DNA of 32,000 nucleotides from Candidatus Moranella endobia PCIT (GTDB lineage: Bacteria > Pseudomonadota > Gammaproteobacteria > Enterobacterales > Enterobacteriaceae): assembly GCF_000219175.1 (NCBI RefSeq), contig NC_015735.1:270001-302000 (forward strand), in the 5' to 3' direction. Numbering within the stretch: position 1 is the stretch's first letter; each line of letters opens with the position of its first letter. The position numbers were made by a program, and so were the translations under genes. This document shows, piece by piece, positions 1 to 10,340 of this stretch. The notes beneath the pieces were generated by a model. The model saw only the letters and a program-made list of their open reading frames with translations. It did no database searches and was not told the DNA's origin.

Positions 1-2684
1 CGGTGCTGATCCAAAGTTAGGCGAAAGCCCAGGCCAAATTCAGCATTATCCTCAAACAAAGAATTAGCCCAGGCTGGCCCGCGGCCTTTTGCGTTTGTAG
101 TATATGGTGTTGTTGGTAGGTTACCGCCATAGATAGAAGAGCAGCCGGTGGCATTAGCGATCAGTAAACGGTCCCCATAAAGCTGAGTTAGCAGCTTAAT
201 ATATGGAGTTTCGCCACAACCCGAACAGGCGCCAGAGTATTCGAAAAGAGGGGTAATTAGTTGTGATGTGCGGAGATCAATTTTTGCCAGCATACGGGTA
301 TCAATTTCAGGTAGGCTAAGAAAGAAATCATAATTGATTTTCTCTGTTTCTAAATGCGCTAGCCGCGATGCCATATTAATGGCTTTTATTTTAGGTTGTT
401 GTCTATCTTTAGCTGGACATACTTCGACACACAACTGGCAGCCAGTACAGTCTTCTGGCGCAACTTGGAGTACATACTTATGGCCGCGCATATTGCGGGA
501 TTTTACTTCTAGGCATGACATGCTTGGCGGCGCTTTATCTAATGTCTGCGGCGGAACGACTTTAGCGCGAATAGCGGCGTGGGGACAGGCAGCCACGCAA
601 TAGTTGCACTGGGTACATAACGATGGTTCCCACAGTGGTATTTTTTCGGCGATATTGCGTTTTTCCCATTGCGTGGTGCTAATTGGCCAGCTTCCATCTG
701 GTGGCAATGCTGAAACTGGCAGTGCGTCACCTAAACCTGCGAGCATAGCGGCGGTAACGAATTTGACAAAATTAGGCGCCGCTTCTGATACTACCGGTGG
801 GCGCAAGTGACTTGCTGTTTCGACTGCTTTGAGCGGTACTTGAAATAAAGCATCGCTAGTCGCAGCTAGTGCCTGCCAATTAGACCTTATCAGTTCTTGT
901 CCCTTACTACTGCTATAGTTTGTAACCACTGCTTGTCGCAGGGCACTTAACGTCTGATCCGGCGGTAAAATACCAGACAGCTGGAAGAAAGCCATTTGCA
1001 TAACAGTGTTAATACGTGTCTGAAGCTTATATTTGCTGGCTATCTGCTGGGCGTTGATTACATAAAAACGTGCCTTGCGCTCATTTAGTATTGCCTGCAC
1101 CTCTCTGGGGAGTAAAGACCAGATTTCGTTGGCATCTTTAGGTGTATTCATGAGGAAAATACCGCCGGTCCGCAGGTGTTCTACAATGTGATACTTTTCG
1201 ATAAATTGCGATTGGTGGCAACCAATAAAATCTGCCTGGCCAACTAAATAGGCCGCATGAATTGGTTTCTTGCTGACCCTAAGATGAGACACGGTTAATC
1301 CACCAGCTTTCTTTGAATCGTAAACAAAATAGCCCTGGGTGAAATGCGGCGTCATATTGCCGATGATCTTTATAGAGTTTTTGGTTGCCGAGACCGATCC
1401 ATCGCCGCCCAAACCGTAAAACAGTGCTTCCAAAAGGAAACTACGCGGCCGCGTTGCTTTGGTTAATGGCAACGAAAGATGGGTAACATCATCATAAATG
1501 CCGACAGTAAAACGCGGCCGCGGTGCTACCTGCGCTAACTCGTTAAATATCGCCAATACACACGGTGGATCGAACTCTTTGGAAGATAGACCAAATCGGC
1601 CGCCGATGGTCAGTGGTAGTTTATTTATTTCGCCCCGGCTGTAGGCTTCCGCTAGTGTAGTTGTAACTTCAAGATATAGCGGTTCCGCCTGTGCTCCTGG
1701 CTCCTTGGTTCGGTCTAGCACCGCAATAGATTTTACCGCTTGGGGCATAATTTCTAGCAGATGGCTAGCAGAAAATGGCCTGAACAGTCGTACTTTGATT
1801 AATCCTACTTTTTCACCGTTGGCTAGCAATGTATCAATAACTTCTTCACAGGTACCAGCAGCTGATCCCATAACGATAATTATACGATCGGCATGAAGAT
1901 GGCCATAATATTCAAAAGGCTTATAGTGCCTGCCGGTGGCAGTAGCGAAGGCATCCATTGCTTGCTCCATCTTGCGATAAGCATTGTTATACCATGGGTT
2001 GGTAGCTTCCCTTGACTGGAAATAGGTATCTGGATTAGCGGCCGTGCCGCGCATCATAGGCTTATCCGGTGTTAGCGCGCGGGAACGGTGGGCGTTGATA
2101 GCAGCCTGGGGCAAGATTGATTGCAAAATATCGTCAGACAGAGGCGTAATTTTGTTCAGTTCATGGGAAGTGCGGAAACCGTCAAAAAAATGAATGAAGG
2201 GCAAACGACTGTTCAGACTGGCAACCTGAGCAATAAGCGCGAAATCTTGCGCTTCCTGGACATTATTAGCGCACAGCATAGCGCAGCCGGTCTGGCGCAC
2301 TGCCATAACATCTGAGTGATCGCAAAAAATAGATAGCGCATGGGTCGCGATGGTGCGTGATGCCACATGCAGTACAAAGGGAATAAGCTGGCCTGCCAGC
2401 TTATAAAGCGTCGGGATCATCAGCAATAATCCCTGTGAAGACGTGAAAGAAGTAGCCAGCGCACCGGTTTGTAGCGCACCGTGCACAGTGGCTATGGCGC
2501 CGGCTTCGGATTGCATCTCCACCACCCGGGGTATGTCACCCCATATATTTGGAGTACCGCTCTCTGACCAGTTATTAGCCTGCTCGGCCATAGTTGAGCT
2601 CGGGGTAATAGGGTAAATAGCGATAACTTCATTAATACGGTAGGCAACCGAGGCAACTGCATTGTTACCGTCTGTAGTGATCAT
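1..2684 (-). CDS. nifJ: Pyruvate:ferredoxin/flavodoxin oxidoreductase (NifJ/YdbK), partial, N-terminal ~894 codons, continues past left edge
   Basis: Reverse-strand translation starts MITTDGNNAVASVAY at 2684. The same frame at the left edge reads RGPAWANSLFEDNAEFGLGFRLTLDQH. Two ferredoxin motifs are present (CTGCQLCVEVCP near 400-450 and CNYCVAACPHAAIRAKVV near 550-610). No closed ORF in this frame is in the track, consistent with a frame that stays open to the window edge. Confidence 0.93.
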   Translation of the reverse strand, partial: MITTDGNNAVASVAYRINEVIAIYPITPSSTMAEQANNWSESGTPNIWGDIPRVVEMQSEAGAIATVHGALQTGALATSFTSSQGLLLMIPTLYKLAGQLIPFVLHVASRTIATHALSIFCDHSDVMAVRQTGCAMLCANNVQEAQDFALIAQVASLNSRLPFIHFFDGFRTSHELNKITPLSDDILQSILPQAAINAHRSRALTPDKPMMRGTAANPDTYFQSREATNPWYNNAYRKMEQAMDAFATATGRHYKPFEYYGHLHADRIIIVMGSAAGTCEEVIDTLLANGEKVGLIKVRLFRPFSASHLLEIMPQAVKSIAVLDRTKEPGAQAEPLYLEVTTTLAEAYSRGEINKLPLTIGGRFGLSSKEFDPPCVLAIFNELAQVAPRPRFTVGIYDDVTHLSLPLTKATRPRSFLLEALFYGLGGDGSVSATKNSIKIIGNMTPHFTQGYFVYDSKKAGGLTVSHLRVSKKPIHAAYLVGQADFIGCHQSQFIEKYHIVEHLRTGGIFLMNTPKDANEIWSLLPREVQAILNERKARFYVINAQQIASKYKLQTRINTVMQMAFFQLSGILPPDQTLSALRQAVVTNYSSSKGQELIRSNWQALAATSDALFQVPLKAVETASHLRPPVVSEAAPNFVKFVTAAMLAGLGDALPVSALPPDGSWPISTTQWEKRNIAEKIPLWEPSLCTQCNYCVAACPHAAIRAKVVPPQTLDKAPPSMSCLEVKSRNMRGHKYVLQVAPEDCTGCQLCVEVCPAKDRQQPKIKAINMASRLAHLETEKINYDFFLSLPEIDTRMLAKIDLRTSQLITPLFEYSGACSGCGETPYIKLLTQLYGDRLLIANATGCSSIYGGNLPTTPYTTNAKGRGPAWANSLFEDNAEFGLGFRLTLDQH

Positions 2685-3169
2685 GAGTGCCTTGATCCTT
2701 GATTGAGATAATAGCCGTTAACTTATGGTCTAATTATGACTTGTCGCACATATAACAACAATAACTGTAGTGAATGTTAGTAGTGGTTAGTAAAATTATA
2801 CTAGGCGAAAGGTTCGTACTTGACCAATAATAAACTTACAACTGACAAAACTATTTGTCAGACTATGTCTAGTTATCCTAATCATCTTAAGTGAACAAGT
2901 GGCTGGTTGGTAGAATGAATTTTAAGCAAACTAACTAAAATAGTTGTCAATTCAAGCTGATATACTGTGCGTGTAACGCCGCGCGGGAAAACCTGTGGGT
3001 AAAAATACCATCGCCTATATTTGAACTATTCAGGCCTAGTTAATTAACGTTAGTTAATTTGTATGTAATTACTAGTCCAGTCCAATTTGGGTAAATATCA
3101 ACCAACTTGCTTAGGTAATTAAGTGAGTTGCTCAGATCATTTAGTCAAGATTAAATAAGGGGTTTAACA

Positions 3170-4381
3170 ATGACTGTAATTAAAATGACCGATCTTGATC
3201 TTTCTGGTAAACGTGTTTTTATCCGTTCCGATCTTAATGTGCCGGTTAAAAACGGGCAAGTAACTTCTGATGCGCGCATATTAGCCTCTCTACCAACTAT
3301 TGAAGTAGCAATGAAACAGGGCGCGCAAGTCATGGTAACATCCCATCTAGGCCGCCCGAACGAAGGAGAATACAATGCAGAGTTTTCTCTGCAGCCAGTA
3401 GTAGATTATTTAGCAAAAAAATTGTGCTACCCGGTCCGTCTTTACAAAAATTACCTCGATGGTGTGGATATTGCCGCCGGTGAACTAGTGGTGTTAGAAA
3501 ACGTGCGCTTTAACAAGGGCGAACATAATGATGACGAAGCTCTAGCAAAGAAATACGCTGCGTTGTGTGACGTGTTCGTTATGGATGCTTTTGGTACAGC
3601 CCATCGCGCTCAAGCTTCCACTCACGGTATAGGTAAATTCGCACCAGTAGCGTGCTCCGGTCCATTACTATTAAATGAACTAGAGGCGTTAGGCAAGGCA
3701 CTTGATCAACCGGCACGACCAATGGTAGCAATCGTTGGTGGCTCAAAAGTTTCAACTAAGCTGGTCGTTCTGGACTCGCTGTTGAAAATAGCAGATCAGA
3801 TCATAGTCGGCGGTGGCATTGCGAATACCTTTTTGGCAGCGCAGGGATATAATGTCGGCCAATCGAGATACGAGACAAAACTTATTCCTGAAGCTAAACG
3901 TCTGCTAAACATAGGCAATATAAACGTACCAACAGATGTCTATGTGACCACAGATTGTTCTGAAACAGCTACCGCGACACTAAAATCAGTCAGCGATATT
4001 CAGGACAATGAGTATATACTCGATCTCGGTAAGATCTCAGTCGCGAGGCTAACAAACATTATAAAAGATGCCAAAACTATTCTTTGGAATGGCCCAGTAG
4101 GCGTATTTGAGTTTGCCAATTTCCGTCAAGGCACTGAGTTGGTGGCACGTGCTATTGCAAACAGTGAAGCTTTCTCTATCGCGGGCGGGGGTGATACTCT
4201 AGCAGTTATTGACCTGTTTGGCCTTGCCAAGCAAATCTCCTATGTTTCTACTGGTGGTGGCGCTTTCCTAGCCTTTATAGAAGGTAAAAAACTACCAGCA
4301 GTAGTCATGCTTAATGCTGCAAGAAGAACGAGTGAAAAGTTAATTAAGCTGGTGGCTTATCCACAAACAGCAAAAAGTTAA
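3170..4381 (+). CDS. pgk: Phosphoglycerate kinase, with short C-terminal extension
   Basis: 403 aa ORF; [60 protein letters not shown] are characteristic of Pgk. Confidence 0.98.
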   Translation: MTVIKMTDLDLSGKRVFIRSDLNVPVKNGQVTSDARILASLPTIEVAMKQGAQVMVTSHLGRPNEGEYNAEFSLQPVVDYLAKKLCYPVRLYKNYLDGVDIAAGELVVLENVRFNKGEHNDDEALAKKYAALCDVFVMDAFGTAHRAQASTHGIGKFAPVACSGPLLLNELEALGKALDQPARPMVAIVGGSKVSTKLVVLDSLLKIADQIIVGGGIANTFLAAQGYNVGQSRYETKLIPEAKRLLNIGNINVPTDVYVTTDCSETATATLKSVSDIQDNEYILDLGKISVARLTNIIKDAKTILWNGPVGVFEFANFRQGTELVARAIANSEAFSIAGGGDTLAVIDLFGLAKQISYVSTGGGAFLAFIEGKKLPAVVMLNAARRTSEKLIKLVAYPQTAKS

Positions 4382-4417
4382 TCTTAAATAAAATTAAACA
4401 AAACAGGACAAAATAAT

Positions 4418-5494
4418 ATGCCAAAAATTTTTGATCTGGTGAAACCAGGAGTCATCACCGGTAATAACGTTCAGAAAGTGTTTGCTGTGGCAAAAGCCAA
4501 TAAATTTGCTCTGCCAGCCGTCAATTGTGTTGGTACAGATTCCATTAATGCCGCGTTGGAAGCGGCTACTAAAATGCGGGCGCCAATTATAGTGCAGTTT
4601 TCCAACGGCGGTGCCGCGTTTATTGCCGGTAAAGGATTAAATACTACAGGTCAGATTGGTGCGGTTCTAGGTGCAGTTTCCGGTGCACAGCATGTGCATC
4701 ATATAGCGGAATATTACGGAATTCCAGTTATCCTACATACCGATCATTGCACAAAAAAGTTACTACCTTGGCTAGACGGGCTACTCGAAGCTGGGGAAAA
4801 ACATTATGCCGATACTGGCAAGCCGCTTTTCTCCTCCCACATGATCGATTTATCTGAGGAAGTGTTAGAAGAAAATATTGAAATAAGCGCCAACTATCTC
4901 AGACGGATGGCAAAAATGGATATGACACTGGAAATCGAGCTTGGTTGCACTGGCGGTGAAGAAGACGGAGTGGATAATAGCCATTTGAATAAATCAGCGC
5001 TGTATACTCAGCCGGAAGATGTCGCTTATGCTTATGAAAAACTACATGCTATCAGTCCAAGGTTTACTATTGCAGTTGCTTTTGGTAATGTTCACGGTGT
5101 GTATAAGCCTGGGAACGTTAAGCTAACACCTAAATTACTGAATAAGTCACAGAAATACGTTTCGGCAACCTTTGGTTTACCAGAAAGTTCTTTGAATTTA
5201 GTTTTTCATGGTGGTTCTGGCTCTTCGGCGGCAGAAATAACGGAAGCAATTAGTTACGGTGTTGTAAAAATGAACATTGATACTGATACCCAGTGGGCAA
5301 CCTGGGAAGGTATTCTAAAATATTATCAGAATCACGAAGATTATCTACAGTCTCAGCTAGGAAACCCAGCAGGTGCCGATAAACCTAACAAAAAGTTCTA
5401 CGACCCGCGCATGTGGATCCGTGCTGGTCAGGAATCCATGGCAAAGCGCCTGAAACTTGCTTTTAAGGAACTAAACGCGATCGACGTACTGTAG
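4418..5494 (+). CDS. fbaA: Class II fructose-bisphosphate aldolase
   Basis: 358 aa ORF; PVILHTDHCTKKLLPWLDGLL, ELGCTGGEEDGVDNS, VFHGGSGSS, NAIDVL C-terminus; adjacent to pgk as in enterics. Confidence 0.98.
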   Translation: MPKIFDLVKPGVITGNNVQKVFAVAKANKFALPAVNCVGTDSINAALEAATKMRAPIIVQFSNGGAAFIAGKGLNTTGQIGAVLGAVSGAQHVHHIAEYYGIPVILHTDHCTKKLLPWLDGLLEAGEKHYADTGKPLFSSHMIDLSEEVLEENIEISANYLRRMAKMDMTLEIELGCTGGEEDGVDNSHLNKSALYTQPEDVAYAYEKLHAISPRFTIAVAFGNVHGVYKPGNVKLTPKLLNKSQKYVSATFGLPESSLNLVFHGGSGSSAAEITEAISYGVVKMNIDTDTQWATWEGILKYYQNHEDYLQSQLGNPAGADKPNKKFYDPRMWIRAGQESMAKRLKLAFKELNAIDVL

Positions 5495-5522
5495 GTATAG
5501 CACAACCTTCAAAACCATTTTT

Positions 5523-5539
5523 ACTCACTAAAAGTGAGT
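5523..5539. repeat. Small inverted repeat after fbaA (6-bp stem ACTCAC/GTGAGT, 5-nt loop)
   Basis: actcac taaaa gtgagt; preceded by ttttt on the + strand. Confidence 0.5.
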
Positions 5540-5590
5540 CGGTCATTTAATAATTATTGTAATTTCCATGTAATAAATATTAAGTGAAAC

Positions 5591-5615
5591 AACTGACACT
5601 ATATTAGTGTCAGTT
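5591..5615. repeat. Perfect inverted repeat, 10-bp stem, 5-nt loop, between fbaA and ruvX
   Basis: aactgacact atatt agtgtcagtt. Confidence 0.9.
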
Positions 5616-5682
5616 ACTCAAATCAATATTAAAACTTGCTGGAGTAGCTTTTGCTAAGCTGCCAAAATAATTGGGAGCGATC

Positions 5683-6111
5683 TTGCTAGTCGAACATGGC
5701 AATATTATTGCCTTCGATTTTGGTACGATGAGTATCGGAGTGGCTATTGGCCAATTTGTAACCTGCACTGCACAACCGCTAACAACGGTTCAGGTCCGCG
5801 ATGGTACCCCAAGATGGCAACAGATTGAAAAACTACTGAAAGAATGGTTACCGAATCTAGTAGTGGTGGGATTACCGCTGAATATGGATGGCAGTGATCA
5901 ACCGCTGACTGTACGAGCATGCAAGTTCGCCAAACGACTACATGGTAGATTTGGCGTTAAGGTTGTTCTGCATGATGAACGACTCAGCACAGTCGCTGCC
6001 CGTGCCATACTATTTGAGCGTAGCGGCTACAGAGCGCTAGAGAATAGGCAAGTTAACGCTAGTTCAGCAGCCATCATTCTTGAAAGTTGGTTGGAACAAG
6101 TTCGCCAATAA
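5683..6111 (+). CDS. ruvX: RuvX/YqgF family pre-16S rRNA processing nuclease; no ATG near the conserved N-terminus, TTG start proposed at 5683 (track ORF begins at TTG 5671)
   Basis: [63 protein letters not shown]; SD-like gggag upstream of TTG 5683. Confidence 0.93.
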   Translation: MLVEHGNIIAFDFGTMSIGVAIGQFVTCTAQPLTTVQVRDGTPRWQQIEKLLKEWLPNLVVVGLPLNMDGSDQPLTVRACKFAKRLHGRFGVKVVLHDERLSTVAARAILFERSGYRALENRQVNASSAAIILESWLEQVRQ

Positions 6112-6209
6112 AAACCTATTGGCTAATAAGGTACCAAATTTGTGTTTGCGTGCGGTACCGCGCATCAATCAGTATAAACAACAAGTGTCTATTATTTTAT
6201 TGTAGATGT

Positions 6210-6282
6210 TGGCCCTTGTTGGACTTGAACCAACGACCAAGCGATTATGAGTCGCTTGCTCTAACCACTGAGCTAAAGGGCC
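6210..6282 (-). tRNA. ileX: tRNA-Ile2 (CAU anticodon, lysidine-type, ileX-like), no encoded CCA
   Basis: Reverse strand GGCCCTTTAGCTCAGTGGTTAGAGCAAGCGACTCATAATCGCTTGGTCGTTGGTTCAAGTCCAACAAGGGCCA folds as a cloverleaf with loop CTCATAA; closely resembles enteric ileX; lies next to rpoD as in E. coli. Confidence 0.95.
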
Positions 6283-6503
6283 ACGCAAGCAACCATTATA
6301 CATAATGTAACAAATTTGGTCTATAGTTATCCTTGCAAGCTGTATCTTTTATCGCCGTTTTAGTAAACACGTCAAGATCAGGCGCTAAATTCATTAGTAG
6401 GTAGGGCTACTGGCTAAGCTTTGTAACCTTCATCCTTGGTTGGTGTTGATTTAATATCATGCATGCCGTGCTACAGCGCATGTCAAACTAAAATTCATAG
6501 TAA

Positions 6504-8339
6504 TTAATCTTCCAGGAAGCTTCGTAAGACCTCAGACCGGCTTGGATGACGCAATTTACGCAATGCTTTTGCTTCGATCTGACGAATACGTTCGCGGGTT
6601 ACGTCAAACTGTTTGCCCACCTCTTCCAGAGTGTGGTCGTTAGTCATACCGATCCCAAAACGCATACGTAAAACCTTGGCTTCGCGCGCAGTTAGACCGG
6701 CCAATACCTCCTTGGTCGCTGACCTTAGGCTATCTAATGTAGCAGAATCTAGCGGCATCTCGATGGTATTATCTTCGATAAAATCCCCTAAATGAGAATC
6801 TTCATCGTCGCCAATAGGCGTTTCCATAGAGATAGGTTCTTTGGCAATTTTCAGTACCTTATGGATTTTATCTTCTGACATCAGCATACGTTCTGCCAGT
6901 TCTTCTGGTGTTGGTTCTCTTCCAGTTTCTTGTAGCATCTGACGGGAGATACGGTTGAGCTTATTAATAGTTTCAATCATATGCACCGGGATACGTATGG
7001 TACGCGCCTGGTCAGCAATAGAGCGGGTGATAGCTTGGCGGATCCACCAGGTAGCATAAGTAGAAAACTTGTAGCCTCGGCGGTATTCAAATTTGTCCAC
7101 CGCCTTCATTAACCCAATATTACCCTCTTGGATCAGATCAAGGAACTGCAGACCGCGGTTAGTGTATTTTTTCGCGATAGAAATAACTAAACGTAGATTA
7201 GCCTCAACCATATCTTTTTTTGCGCGTCTTGCCTTTGCTTCGCCAATCGACATACGGCGGTTAATATCCTTCACTTGCTCGATAGTCAGACCGGTTTCTT
7301 CTTCAATCTGGCGCAGTTTATTTAGGCTACGATATACGTCATTATCTACTGCTTGTAGTTTTTCAGACCAGGGCTGGTTCATTGCCAAAGCAGCCTTGAA
7401 CCAGGTTTCGCTGGTCTCATTACCAGTAAACAACGTGATGAAGTTTTTTTTTGGCATCTTACTAATATCGACACATAGCTTCATAATTACGCGTTCCTGG
7501 GTACGCACGCGCGTCATCATAGCACGCATGTTGTTTACCAGGTAATCGAACAGTTTCGGTATTAGTCGAAACTGTTTGAAAACAGTAGAAAGCTTCATAA
7601 GCTCTGCGGCCGATTTAGTATGGTTGCGGCCGTTGGTTTTGATTACCTTACGAGTCATCTCATACTGTTCACGCAGTTCGACAAATTTCTGGCGTGCTAG
7701 ACCAGGGTCAATGCTATTATCATCTTCCTTGCTTGCTTCGTCGTGCTCTTCTTCATCGGTTATTTCGTTAGTTGCAAGTTCAGATCGAACATTGGTAGGA
7801 GCAAGCATCATCTCTTCTACAACAGAAGAATCAACAAATCCAGTGATGAGATCGGATAAGCGGGCCTCGCCTGCCTCAACGCGGTCGTACTGTTCAAGTA
7901 GGTAGCTTATAGCCTTAAGATACTCGGCAACCGAGCACTGAACCTGATTGATGCCATCTTCTATACGTTTAGCAATATCGATCTCTCCTTCGCGGGTTAG
8001 CAGCTCTACAGTACCCATTTCGCGCATATACATGCGCACTGGGTCGGTAGTGCGTCCAATTTCGGATTCTACGCTAGATAGAACTTGTGCCGCCGCCTCG
8101 ACTGCATCTTCGTCTGTATCAGGGTTTGTATCCGCTAGTAACAGTAGGTCATCGGCGTCGGGTGCTTCTTCCATCACCCGAATACCCATATCATTTATCA
8201 TCTGAATGATATCTTCGATCTGATCGGAGTCAACTATATCATCCGGTAAATGGTCATTGACCTCGGCAAAGGTCAAATATCCTTGCTCTTTACCATGTGT
8301 GACAAGCAGTTTTAACTGTGACTGTTGGTTTTGCTCCAT
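6504..8339 (-). CDS. rpoD: RNA polymerase primary sigma factor (sigma-70)
   Basis: 611 aa; [91 protein letters not shown]. Confidence 0.99.
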   Translation of the reverse strand: MEQNQQSQLKLLVTHGKEQGYLTFAEVNDHLPDDIVDSDQIEDIIQMINDMGIRVMEEAPDADDLLLLADTNPDTDEDAVEAAAQVLSSVESEIGRTTDPVRMYMREMGTVELLTREGEIDIAKRIEDGINQVQCSVAEYLKAISYLLEQYDRVEAGEARLSDLITGFVDSSVVEEMMLAPTNVRSELATNEITDEEEHDEASKEDDNSIDPGLARQKFVELREQYEMTRKVIKTNGRNHTKSAAELMKLSTVFKQFRLIPKLFDYLVNNMRAMMTRVRTQERVIMKLCVDISKMPKKNFITLFTGNETSETWFKAALAMNQPWSEKLQAVDNDVYRSLNKLRQIEEETGLTIEQVKDINRRMSIGEAKARRAKKDMVEANLRLVISIAKKYTNRGLQFLDLIQEGNIGLMKAVDKFEYRRGYKFSTYATWWIRQAITRSIADQARTIRIPVHMIETINKLNRISRQMLQETGREPTPEELAERMLMSEDKIHKVLKIAKEPISMETPIGDDEDSHLGDFIEDNTIEMPLDSATLDSLRSATKEVLAGLTAREAKVLRMRFGIGMTNDHTLEEVGKQFDVTRERIRQIEAKALRKLRHPSRSEVLRSFLED

Positions 8340-8484
8340 AAGAGGTATCCATACTTCAGAGTAAAATTCAGTGTTGGCTGGTACAAGCTATAACCAACCA
8401 CATATCTGGAATTTATTTCGCACTGTAGTCCAAAAATATACTACACAAGGTAGTTCCCTGGTAATAGATTAGGCATTAGATTTG

Positions 8485-10233
8485 TCAGTTTTTTTTCGCC
8501 ATAGCCTGATTCAGCGACCACATTTCCCGGCGTTCTTCGGTAGTTAGGCCGTGGGTTCGGTCGCGGGCGATAAGTGTTTCCTGGCGGTGTGCAAGTATGG
8601 ATTCGTAAAAATTTGCCAGTGCATCGACAAATATCGAATCTATTACCTCGCCAGTAATCATGTGGTTCCAGGTTGCCAAAGTTTCAAGTTGGTAGTATGA
8701 TTTATTATCACGGTAATACTCAAGTAATTGTCCGGTTGTTAGTCCAGGATGAGACTTGCAATTTTGCACTAACTCGATAAATAGTGGTAAGCCAGGTTTG
8801 CTGATGTGCTCTAAACCGTGGACAATTGGTACTAGTTCAGCAAGCCGGGGATTCTGCACTAGTAATCCTATCAGGATACGCATAGTTGTACATTTGATAC
8901 GTATTTTTTTGGTACTATTATTTTTTAGTACCGCCTTCGGTAACAGTTTATCCCAATAATTGTCGTCGAGTATTCCCAGTTTATTACCGAGCTGCTGGCG
9001 CAGATAGAAACGTAATGTTTCACCCGGTACTTTACTGATCAGTGGTAACGCCAACCGGCTGAGTTTGGCGCGGCCTTCAATGCTGCTCAAATCAACCTGC
9101 GGTATGAGCGTTTCAAATAAAAACTTCGATAGCGGTTTCGCTTGTGCAATGTGCTGTTCAAACGCCTCTTTGCCAATTTTACGTATCATGGTATCGGGAT
9201 CTTCGCCTTCTGGCAGAAACATAAAACACAACTGGCGGCCGTCTATCAAAGATGGTAACGAGTTTTTCAGGGCGCGCCAAGCTGCTTCCCTACCGGCACT
9301 ATCACCGTCATAACAGAAGATAACCCTATCGGTGGCACGATATAGCAGTTGAATATGGTCAGTAGTTATCGCAGTACCCAACGATGCTACAGCATAGTCG
9401 ATACCAAACTGCGCCAGCGCCACAACGTCCATATAGCCTTCGACCACAAGTAGCCGTAATAATTGCATATTCTGTCGTTGTGCTTCATATAAACCGTACA
9501 GTTGGCGACCTTTATGGAAAATGACGGTTTCAGGCGAATTAATATACTTTGGCTGCCCATTGTCTAAGATCCTCCCGCCGAAGGCGACCACACGGCCACG
9601 TTTGTCGCGGATTGGAAACATTATGCGTTCACGAAAACGATCGTAGGTTCTGCCATAATCGTTTACCACCAGCATACCAGCGTCATTGAGATCAGCACGA
9701 TCTTGAGACGAATTACCGAAACGCTTAATAACGTTATACCAGCCTGGAGGCGCAAAGCCGATAGCAAAAGACTTAGTTATCGCTTCATTTAGCCCACGAT
9801 GTTGCAAATATTGGTTAGCTTTATTGGCAGTTTTTGATTGTAAAACCTGCTGGTAAAATTCACTAAGCTGTTCCATGAGCTGATACAGACTTGGTCGCTG
9901 ATCACGCCTATTATTATTCTGGAATGAGCAGATTTCCTCCGGTATTTCTAGTCCATACTGGGCGGCAAGTTCTTCGATAGTTTCGATAAACTCCAGGCGG
10001 TCGTAATTCATCAAAAAATCTATGGCATTGCCATGAGCGCCGCAGCCGAAACAATGAAAAAACTGTTTTTCACCATGCACAGTAAAAGAAGGATTGTTAT
10101 CATGATGGAATGGACAGCAGGCTTTAAAGCTATTGCCCTGCTTATGAAGTTTTACCCGCTTACTGATCAGATCGACGATGTCGATACGCGCTAACAGGTT
10201 GTTGATAAATATGCGTGGTATTTTGCCAGCCAT
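8485..10233 (-). CDS. dnaG: DNA primase
   Basis: 582 aa; MAGKIPRIFINNLLARIDIVDLI, zinc motif CCPFHHDNNPSFTVHGEKQFFHCFGCG, TOPRIM region VVEGYMDVVALAQFG. Confidence 0.99.
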   Translation of the reverse strand: MAGKIPRIFINNLLARIDIVDLISKRVKLHKQGNSFKACCPFHHDNNPSFTVHGEKQFFHCFGCGAHGNAIDFLMNYDRLEFIETIEELAAQYGLEIPEEICSFQNNNRRDQRPSLYQLMEQLSEFYQQVLQSKTANKANQYLQHRGLNEAITKSFAIGFAPPGWYNVIKRFGNSSQDRADLNDAGMLVVNDYGRTYDRFRERIMFPIRDKRGRVVAFGGRILDNGQPKYINSPETVIFHKGRQLYGLYEAQRQNMQLLRLLVVEGYMDVVALAQFGIDYAVASLGTAITTDHIQLLYRATDRVIFCYDGDSAGREAAWRALKNSLPSLIDGRQLCFMFLPEGEDPDTMIRKIGKEAFEQHIAQAKPLSKFLFETLIPQVDLSSIEGRAKLSRLALPLISKVPGETLRFYLRQQLGNKLGILDDNYWDKLLPKAVLKNNSTKKIRIKCTTMRILIGLLVQNPRLAELVPIVHGLEHISKPGLPLFIELVQNCKSHPGLTTGQLLEYYRDNKSYYQLETLATWNHMITGEVIDSIFVDALANFYESILAHRQETLIARDRTHGLTTEERREMWSLNQAMAKKN

Positions 10234-10260
10234 AAGCTCTATCAGTTGAATATCTTCACT

Positions 10261-10309
10261 AGGCCGTACTGTTCTGTCCGCAATACTTGCGGACAGAACA
10301 GTACGGCCT
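10261..10309. repeat. Perfect 23-bp inverted repeat with 3-nt loop in the rpsU-dnaG intergenic region
   Basis: aggccgtactgttctgtccgcaa tac ttgcggacagaacagtacggcct; second arm is the exact reverse complement of the first. Confidence 0.97.
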
Positions 10310-10340
10310 TAGTCTTTCAAGGTTCAATCTATGGATTACT

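Noticed and set aside
334-603. 89-aa + ORF and neighbouring short ORFs (539-730, 604-810, 1705-1896, 2121-2315)
   Set aside because: All overlap the intact nifJ reading frame.
3040-3065. Near-palindromic ttaattaacgttagttaatt upstream of pgk
   Set aside because: Imperfect and AT-only; readily expected by chance in AT-rich spacer.
6087-6305. 72-aa + strand ORF (…LLDLNQRPSDYESLALTTELKG…)
   Set aside because: It is the antisense translation of the tRNA-Ile2 gene, a well-known spurious ORF pattern.
7093-7545. 150-aa + strand ORF opposite rpoD
   Set aside because: Fully antisense to a highly conserved gene; no recognisable protein features, explained by codon bias of the sense strand.
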